64,000 nt of DNA from the NCBI GenBank assembly GCA_002788855.1, contig PFSB01000013.1:21608-85607 (forward strand), given 5' to 3'. The notes under the pieces are model-generated. The model made no database searches. It saw only the letters and a list, made by a program, of their open reading frames with translations, and had not been told where the DNA came from. The translations under genes were made by a program, and so were the position numbers. Shown one piece after another: positions 58,152-64,000 of the stretch (positions are counted from its first letter, which is position 1; every line of letters starts with the position of its first letter). This stretch comes from Candidatus Roizmanbacteria bacterium CG_4_9_14_0_2_um_filter_38_17 (GTDB lineage: Bacteria; Patescibacteriota; Microgenomatia; GCA-00278855).

Positions 58152-58532
58152 TTAATCTTTTAACTTAGATTTGTCTGTTGTAGCTTGGAGAATAATAGCA
58201 AGAAAAAGCGTTCCCCATCCAGTAATAAAAAATAGGAAAGGTAATATTTTATATAGCGCACGTTTTAGCCAAACCATAGCACCGCCCTGGGTAAGCGCCA
58301 TTGAGTTAATAGTTTGCTCTTCAAGAGCACTAACAATATGCTTGTCGTATTCAAAAGCTATAAAAAGAATGATAAATGAAATGAGAAAGAGAACCGTATT
58401 GCGATTGGGTTTACCAAGTAGTAGAACTAGAGATATGATTATTCCTAAACCAAATGCAAAAGCATATTGGTTGTGCAGAAATGTGGCGAGCAAAGTACTT
58501 GCCGCTTGTTGTTTTAAAGTTACAGCTTCCAT
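58152..58532 (-). CDS. Hypothetical small membrane protein (3-4 TM)
   Basis: ORF with hydrophobic segments; overlaps the start of the upstream DUF192 gene by 1 nt, suggesting an operon. Confidence 0.3.
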   Translation of the reverse strand: MEAVTLKQQAASTLLATFLHNQYAFAFGLGIIISLVLLLGKPNRNTVLFLISFIILFIAFEYDKHIVSALEEQTINSMALTQGGAMVWLKRALYKILPFLFFITGWGTLFLAIILQATTDKSKLKD

Positions 58533-59056
58533 TATATACTAGGTTGGAAATTAGTTAGTTCAACCTGATCACCTGTTATTATATTATGCTTTTTTACATA
58601 ACCCGCATTTACCTCTAAAACTCCGGTGACTGGCTTAGTGGGGGAGTAAATTGGTAATTGATTAATATCTACATTTTGCTCTGGTGGAGGTATGTTAGCT
58701 ATGGTCTCAATTACCTTTCCATTGCTTATCCAAATAATATCTATAGGAAATAACATGTCTTTCATCCAAAACTTATAAATTGCTGGATTAGAATATACAA
58801 ATAACATTCCGTGATTTTGGGGTAATGTGGAGCGACCAGATAAGCCCTGCTTCTGATCCTCTAGAGTTTGCATAATCTCAACCTCTAGCTGCTCGTCACC
58901 AATTTTAATGGTCTGCGTTGCTTGCTTTGTTGGTACAGGTGTTGCGTTGGGACCCATGGGTGAGTTATTAAAAATGATAGAGGTAAAGAAAGTTATAGCA
59001 AGAAATACTAAACCTGCAAGAAGTATAACAATACGGGTGATTAGCTTATTGCTCAT
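58532..59056 (-). CDS. DUF192 (COG1430) family protein with N-terminal membrane anchor
   Basis: HGMLFVYSNP..FWMKDMLFPIDIIWI..GKVIE motifs characteristic of DUF192. Confidence 0.55.
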   Translation of the reverse strand: MSNKLITRIVILLAGLVFLAITFFTSIIFNNSPMGPNATPVPTKQATQTIKIGDEQLEVEIMQTLEDQKQGLSGRSTLPQNHGMLFVYSNPAIYKFWMKDMLFPIDIIWISNGKVIETIANIPPPEQNVDINQLPIYSPTKPVTGVLEVNAGYVKKHNIITGDQVELTNFQPSI

Positions 59057-59136
59057 TTCTGTTATCTTACCAGAATTTAGTAGCTAATTGTAAAATAGCT
59101 GGTACAATATATATAGAAAATGGAGGTGAATAATTA

Positions 59137-59496
59137 ATGGCAATGAAACTTTTTGTAGGGGGCTTATCTTGGGATACCAATGATGACACCTTAAAACAAT
59201 TTTTTGTAAAAGTAGGTCCTGTAGCTTCCGCATCGGTAATCACAGATAGATATACTGGCAAATCCAGAGGTTTTGGTTTTGTAGAAATGGAAAATGACGC
59301 TGATGCTAAAAAAGCTATAGAGGAACTTAATGGTAAAGAGCTAGATGGTCGAGCTATCAATGTAAATGAAGCTAAACCAAGGGAGCCAAGGAATGATTCT
59401 TTTAACCGCGGCGGTGGAGGCGGAGGAGGAAGAGATGATCGAAGAGGTGGAGGTGGGGGAGGACGAGATTCTAGAGATAGAAGATCTTCTTATTAA
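59137..59496 (+). CDS. RRM-type RNA-binding protein with Gly/Arg-rich C-terminal tail
   Basis: RNP2 LFVGGL and RNP1 SRGFGFVEM; tail RGGGGGGGRDDRRGGGGGGRD; strong GGAGG RBS. Confidence 0.8.
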   Translation: MAMKLFVGGLSWDTNDDTLKQFFVKVGPVASASVITDRYTGKSRGFGFVEMENDADAKKAIEELNGKELDGRAINVNEAKPREPRNDSFNRGGGGGGGRDDRRGGGGGGRDSRDRRSSY

Positions 59497-59558
59497 CCAC
59501 TCTTTTTAATTCAAGATATATTATCTTAAAGTAGAGAAAATTTTCATGTTAAATAATC

Positions 59559-59952
59559 GTGATGTTTTTTTGGTGGGAAAAAGTAAAAGTTTTAAAACCG
59601 GGTTTTAAAATAACTATGAAAGATTTATACAAAGGCAATGGGCGTTTGCGCCATGAGAGCCATTTTATTGAGCAGGGTCCGTTTCAAGCGATATCATTCG
59701 ACTCTTACCAGTCAAAAGAAGTGAATCCTAAGCTTAAGCAAGGACTAAATGTCAGGGCGCTCTAGGGGACACCAGGAAGATGCAAGACGAGAGGCAGTTA
59801 TTGAGTTTGTTAGGTGTTTACAAGGCAAAAAAGTAGCTCCAACGTCTGATTTATCTGATCATTATAAGTCTACAATGCTCTTGTATGGTGTGTATAAGTC
59901 TGCGGTGAATAGATATCTAAACAAGAATCCCTTGATTAATGTAGCTTTTTAA
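59559..59952 (+). CDS. Two overlapping hypothetical ORFs (59559-59765 and 59749-59952) that may be one gene interrupted by a +1 frameshift
   Basis: ORF track only; frames differ by +1 with a 17-nt overlap; no recognisable domain. Confidence 0.2.
59585..59613. repeat. 29-bp element aaaagttttaaaaccgggttttaaaataa containing a perfect 21-bp palindrome (ttttaaaacc-g-ggttttaaaa); identical second copy at 62725-62753
   Basis: Read directly. Confidence 0.6.
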
Positions 59953-60040
59953 GTTCCAAGAGCAACAAAGATTTTAGTTTCATTATTTGTGTGTCGTTGT
60001 TCTTATTTTATCATCTAACTAGTATAATGTTCTCAAGCTA

Positions 60041-60730
60041 ATGAATTTTAAGCTAGTTAATTCATACGAGAATGCGGGAGAGGCAGAGGGGTTGGTTGTT
60101 GTTATTGATGTTCTTCGAGCTTTTACTACTTCTTGTTTTATAATTAATAATAATGCAAGGCAACTTATTGCTGTTGATGACTCAGAGACTGCTTTAAAAC
60201 TCAAGAAAAAATATCCGGAATATATACTAATAGGGGAGAGGAAGGGAATTAAGCCCGAGGGATTTGACCATGGTAATTCTCCACATGAGATAAAAGACAT
60301 TGATTTTACTGGTAAAACAGTAGTACTTACTACAACAACAGGAACTAAGGGTGTAAATCGGTCTGTTAATGCGGATGAGGTTATAACGGGTAGTTTTGTA
60401 AATGCAAAAGCAATATCTAGTTACATACTTAAGACCAAGCCAAGAACTGTTTCTTTTGTCTGTACCGATGATAGTTATTTTGACAATGAAGATTTCTTAT
60501 GTGCCTCTTACATTAAAAGCTTAATAGAGAAAAAATCGCTTAACTTTACAGAGATTAAAAGTTATATACAAAAACATCCTTGTTCCTATGGATATATAAC
60601 TAAACCCTTAACCAAATATGCTAGGCAAGATTTTGCCTTTTCTTTAACTGTTGATACCTTTGATTTCATTCTTATGGCAAAGAATCCTAAATCTGAAAAT
60701 ATTATTCTTGAAAAAGTTAGTATAAATTAG
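60041..60730 (+). CDS. 2-phosphosulfolactate phosphatase (ComB) family protein
   Basis: VVVIDVLRAFTT motif typical of ComB-like phosphatases; 229 aa. Confidence 0.5.
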   Translation: MNFKLVNSYENAGEAEGLVVVIDVLRAFTTSCFIINNNARQLIAVDDSETALKLKKKYPEYILIGERKGIKPEGFDHGNSPHEIKDIDFTGKTVVLTTTTGTKGVNRSVNADEVITGSFVNAKAISSYILKTKPRTVSFVCTDDSYFDNEDFLCASYIKSLIEKKSLNFTEIKSYIQKHPCSYGYITKPLTKYARQDFAFSLTVDTFDFILMAKNPKSENIILEKVSIN

Positions 60731-60732
60731 TG

Positions 60733-60825
60733 TCCTTTATTCTGCTGAATAAAGGATCTCAAGCAACTTTTTGACTCTTTATCCTTTGCTCTGCTGATCA
60801 AAGGACCTCGTCAACGCTTTGACTC
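60733..60825. repeat. Two tandem units of about 45 bp, each a hairpin followed by tca(a/g)c..tttgactc
   Basis: Unit 1 60733-60777 (stem cctttattc/gaataaagg), unit 2 60782-60825 (stem cctttg/caaagg); followed by an unusually GC-rich 135-bp tract (60826-60962). Confidence 0.5.
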
Positions 60826-60963
60826 GGGCTGGCGGTTTACGAAAAATGTCGAACTTCATTTGATTAGCTCGTCTCGCCGGAGTTTATCCCGAGCGCAGTC
60901 GAAGGGCTATTTTTTGTGCGCGCGATTTTTGCTCGGCGAAGCCGGGCATTATCAAAGATCCCA

Positions 60964-62307
60964 CTAATAGACTTTAACAGTATTTCTGGAGATATCCCCA
61001 AAATTTGTAAATTGCTGATTATCTTTTGTTTCAGTATTCAAACCAAATATGTCTCCGCTGTCATGGTTTACATAAATAATTGTTTTATCGTCCGACAACC
61101 ACCCTTTTATCGTTCCACCATTAGCTCTTTCATCTTCATTCATTAACAACTGCTTTTGTTTACTTGTTGTGTCAAGAATATTAATGTCTAGATTACCTCC
61201 ATCAAATACAAGTTTTCTACAATCTGATGACGGTATAATAAATCTCATAAACTCAGTCGTTTCATAAATTTGTTCCAATTTCTGAAGATCCCCATCCGTG
61301 ATATAAATCTTCCTAGTAACTCCTTGTTTAAACGGTTCATAGCTTTCGATAACGGAGCAATTACTATTTAAACTAAAAGAAATGTAATTTGAATAATTAA
61401 GTACTGTCCAAAGAGTCGAAGAAGAGTCTTGCAGGTTAACTATTTTTATTATATCACCTGCATTATTTACTATTAATTTATCTGAACTTTTTGTAAAATA
61501 TATCCATCCGCTCGCTTCACTTATGGCTGCCTTATAAATTATTAATGGTCCGTTTGTTTCTCCTGTTACTAAGTTAAGAACATATAAACCAAACTTTATA
61601 TTAGGATTGCCTACCCTTTTCTCTTCTGGTCCAAAAATTCCAACTTCTTGAGAAGAAACTTCATATGCTAATAATTTTCCATCACTGGATATCGCAGCAG
61701 GTGATACTGATACCCCGAAAAATTTATCGTCCCCACCATTTCCAATCTGAGTAATTTGCTTCAGTTCACTCGTTTCAAAAGTGAATTTATACAGATTGAA
61801 GTTTTTACAAAAAATTGCAAATGCTCCATTGGGATCAACTTGAAAATTTTGATTGCAACCGTAATCGGCAGATTCTACATCAATAATTTTGTTAGTTGCT
61901 TTGGTATATGGATCGAGTTTCCATAATGAGAACTTATCATAAGTTGTCTCTAATGATCTTGTAAAATATACTAAATTGGGGGCAGATGTCAGTGATTCTG
62001 TGTTAGTGATCTGATTGGTAATTGATTTTTTATTAGTTTTCTCCTGTAACGACTGTTTATCTAAGAATTTTATGTAAATAAAAAATCCCAAAACTACCAA
62101 CAAAATAAAACTACATATTGAAACCAAAATCATCCAATATTTTACCTTTGGTTTTTTTGGACTTATTACTGGTTGACTAATTGGATTTTGTTCGATTTGT
62201 TGGGTATTTTGATTCCCAATATTTATTTGATTCTCCATATGTAACTCCAAATGAAAGTATATCATATTTTGATGAGTCAAGTATGTTGCAAATAGGTAAC
62301 CATTCAC
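60964..62307 (-). CDS. Membrane-anchored putative beta-propeller protein (TolB/PD40-like repeats); true start probably MENQINIG
   Basis: N-terminal TM helix (WMILVSICSFILLVVLGFFIYI) followed by about 370 aa rich in repeated D/S-G-K-L-Y type strands; family assignment by pattern only. Confidence 0.35.
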   Translation of the reverse strand: MNGYLFATYLTHQNMIYFHLELHMENQINIGNQNTQQIEQNPISQPVISPKKPKVKYWMILVSICSFILLVVLGFFIYIKFLDKQSLQEKTNKKSITNQITNTESLTSAPNLVYFTRSLETTYDKFSLWKLDPYTKATNKIIDVESADYGCNQNFQVDPNGAFAIFCKNFNLYKFTFETSELKQITQIGNGGDDKFFGVSVSPAAISSDGKLLAYEVSSQEVGIFGPEEKRVGNPNIKFGLYVLNLVTGETNGPLIIYKAAISEASGWIYFTKSSDKLIVNNAGDIIKIVNLQDSSSTLWTVLNYSNYISFSLNSNCSVIESYEPFKQGVTRKIYITDGDLQKLEQIYETTEFMRFIIPSSDCRKLVFDGGNLDINILDTTSKQKQLLMNEDERANGGTIKGWLSDDKTIIYVNHDSGDIFGLNTETKDNQQFTNFGDISRNTVKVY

Positions 62308-62385
62308 GAGTTTACAAAGGATTCAAAGCCGAGCTTTACATAAAATGGATAGCTTGGCTTTAGAATCGGATATAATCGCTTACTT

Positions 62386-62720
62386 AAGGCAAGACCTTCC
62401 ATTTCATGAAGGGTCTCGCCTTGTTTCGCTCAGTTTGTTAAATCGTGAATGGTTACGCAAATAGGTATTGTTTTTGTCCTAAAAAATTTGTATATTGTAA
62501 GTGGACTCAACAGTTACGAAATTGCTTTTTTTAATGGCGTAATCGGACAACAGAAAGCAATTTCTTGTTGAGTCCACCGGTTACGCCATTTGAGTCAATA
62601 AAAAGTTCTTTCCTCCATAGGCGGACAAGTAAAAATTTTGCGTTTTTTCTTTTACGAGCCGACAGTCTTGGAGGCGCGGCGGGTGACCCGCTTCGCCGAA
62701 TTGAGGAGGGTCATCTTGGA
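62386..62720 (+). other. GC-rich, highly structured intergenic region; candidate ncRNA(s). Contains a long hairpin (62386-62422) and an H-type pseudoknot-capable motif (62501-62590), downstream of a TATATTGT -10-like box.
   Basis: Stems read directly: P1 gtggactcaaca/ttgttgagtccac; P2 gaaattgcttt/aaagcaatttc; loop aatggcgtaa pairs with downstream ttacgccatt; GC content far above the window background. Confidence 0.3.
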
Positions 62721-62774
62721 GTGTAAAAAGTTTTAAAACCGGGTTTTAAAATAAGTCAATTCTGATGAATTAGT

Positions 62775-63007
62775 TTATTTTTGTGTATATCCTTTTGACA
62801 ATTTTTTTAATAATTCTAAGTCCCCAGTTATGAGTGCTTCTTTTTTGGCTCTTGACCAGCCTTTTATTTGCATTTCTCTGTTCATAGCTTTTTTACGTGT
62901 ACTAAATGTTTCGTAAAAGACAGGTCTAAATACCTGATTATCTTTAACGTATTTTGCTGTTGGACTATAGCCCTGAGCTTGTCGAAGGGCTGGTGATCGT
63001 GGACGAC
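62775..63007 (-). pseudogene. 5'-truncated GIY-YIG nuclease gene (UPF0213 family) lacking the N-terminal GIY motif and a start codon
   Basis: Minus-strand translation ..RRPRSPALRQAQGYSPTAKYVKDNQVFRPVFYETFSTRKKAMNREMQIKGWSRAKKEALITGDLELLKKLSKGYTQK*; the last 50 aa match the conserved GAKYTRxRxPVxLxxxExF..A..RExQIKGWSRAKKEALI tail; frame is closed by a stop immediately upstream; locally GC-rich. Confidence 0.5.
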
Positions 63008-63115
63008 GTTAGAACTAATATCCAGAGCCAAAGAGAGTATATCTATGTTCCAGATCTAAGAGAATACGCTAAGCTCTAGTTCTTTCTTCTCAGGCTAGTT
63101 TATTACATATTTACT

Positions 63116-63547
63116 ATGTATTATAGTATAATATCGTCTATGCGTGAAAACAAAGGCGATCAATCTGTTTCAGACAAAGATGCATTATGGTTTGCAGATC
63201 AGCTTAATAAGGATCTTACGGGACAAGCTGTTGAACAACAGGACACATCAGATATGCAGTGGCGATTATTTCAATATCTGCAACAGGTGGCAAATAATAA
63301 TGGCAAAGAGCCTTATTTAGGCAATGGGTAAATAACCATGGGAAAAGAGATAGAACCGATAGTAGATATTGCATCACTTGTTAAGGGGCAAGTGGATTTA
63401 ACCGATCCCGCACAAGCCCATACAGTGTCGCAGGCAATACAGAAGTTAGGATATTGTCGGGAAACTATGGCAGTGTTAAACCAAAAGCTGACTGGTGAAC
63501 CCTTTGCAGATATAAGAAACAATATGCAAAGACAGGTTGAAGATTAA
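63116..63547 (+). CDS. Two acidic hypothetical ORFs in the same frame separated by a single TAA stop (63329-63331); unknown function
   Basis: ORF track; same reading frame with stop + 2 codons + ATG between them. Confidence 0.2.
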
Positions 63548-64000
63548 GTTGCAACAATTTACCCCAGCCACTACTCATTATAGTTTAACTAAGTATTACA
63601 CTAATTTTCTAGTTTGTTTGTGTGTTATTTAACGGAAAAAAGGTACTCACCATTTTGTCTTGAACTGAGAAACTAGAACTTGGTAAAACTATTATACTTA
63701 TAACTAACTAGGTGTTTTTTATGAACTTTTAAGAAAATGTATTAGACAAATTACCTGCAATTTTAATTATGGTCAACACAATAGATACAGTTAAGCTTGA
63801 TATAATTGTGTCTATTCCAATGTCATAAAATACTTCTTGATTAAAATCTGAAACCATAAACGTATCTCTTGAACCAAATCTATCTTTGTTTTTATATCTG
63901 TAATGTAATGAGTGTAGGGCTACATAGACTAGTAGAACCAATCTACCAAATCCATATCCTAATACATAAATGTGGATTATGCCTGATTCTGGGATTTCTC

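Noticed and set aside
59137-59496. GC-rich tract at 59400-59470 as a possible repeat or foreign insert
   Set aside because: It simply encodes the Gly/Arg-rich tail (GGGGGGGRDDRRGGGGGG) of the RRM protein, so the compositional bias is explained by coding.
59559-59765. Fic/Doc toxin motif (GNGRLRH resembles HPFxDGNGRxxR)
   Set aside because: The HPF and acidic residue preceding GNGR are absent and the rest of the sequence does not follow the Fic fold pattern. Likely a chance match.
60733-60825. Possible CRISPR array (repeated hairpin-containing units)
   Set aside because: Only two imperfect tandem units with no intervening unique spacers and no cas genes. It is a tandem hairpin duplication, not a CRISPR array.
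62386-62720. RNase P RNA, tmRNA, SRP RNA or 6S RNA
   Set aside because: I could not find the P4 strands (GGAAAGUCCGG / ACAGAACCCGGCUUA), a tmRNA tag reading frame with tRNA-like 3' end, or the SRP domain IV motif on either strand. Reported only as an unclassified structured candidate.

Overview
This is a low-GC, gene-dense bacterial chromosomal segment. TGA is used as a stop codon, so the genetic code is standard. Genes are short, overlaps are tight, and many promoters look leaderless. The gene content (class I aldolase, PurS-PurL fusion, type IV pilin, minimal UvrC and HolA) is compatible with a reduced genome such as a Patescibacteria/CPR-like lineage; that placement is inference only.

Core content by position:
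- 1-1.7 kb: atpD (5' partial) and atpC.
- 2.4-15.7 kb: an almost complete de novo pyrimidine cluster (carA, carB, pyrB, pyrC, pyrF, pyrE, pyrG). A fumarate-reductase/L-aspartate-oxidase-family flavoprotein sits where pyrD would be expected, and a KefB-like antiporter is embedded in the cluster.
- 15.7-27.4 kb: a de novo purine operon (purF, purD, purN, purS-purL fusion, purQ, purK, purE, purC, convergent purM). An IS200/IS605-like Y1 transposase element with two same-strand hairpin ends is inserted between purQ and purK.
- 27.5-45.6 kb: rplS, an FKBP, and a gluconeogenesis/glycolysis block (fbp, class I fba, pgm, pgi/pmi, ppsA, acs, gap, pgk).
- 45.6-55.5 kb: an SOS/NER block (uvrB-lexA, uvrA, a Bro-N protein, a transglutaminase-like surface protein, a short uvrC), followed by secG.

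Five tRNAs were found: Lys and Glu on the + strand at 30.8-31.1 kb, and Leu, Phe and Val on the - strand at 57.9-58.1 kb.

Accessory or unusual material:
- A tRNA locus carrying a small GIY-YIG nuclease gene bounded by a 50-nt duplicate of the 5' part of a degenerate tRNA-Lys-like element. That element contains two GC-rich 'ccgccN4ggcggac' hairpin insertions.
- A secreted SNase-like nuclease, an ABC-2 exporter, and a GC-rich type IV pilin cassette flanked by direct repeats.
- A manA cupin remnant flanked by a duplicated ppsA promoter/5' end.
- Three families of intergenic palindromic repeats.
- A LexA whose Ser/Lys catalytic dyad appears substituted.
- A 3' terminal region (57.5-64 kb) with 29-bp perfect palindromic repeats, tandem hairpin repeats, GC-rich structured RNA candidates, a 5'-truncated second GIY-YIG gene, and several small unknown ORFs.

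No CRISPR array, rRNA, or canonical defence system (RM, Cas, TA) could be supported. The most system-like novelties are the GIY-YIG/tRNA mosaic locus and the uvrA-BroN-transglutaminase-uvrC module.
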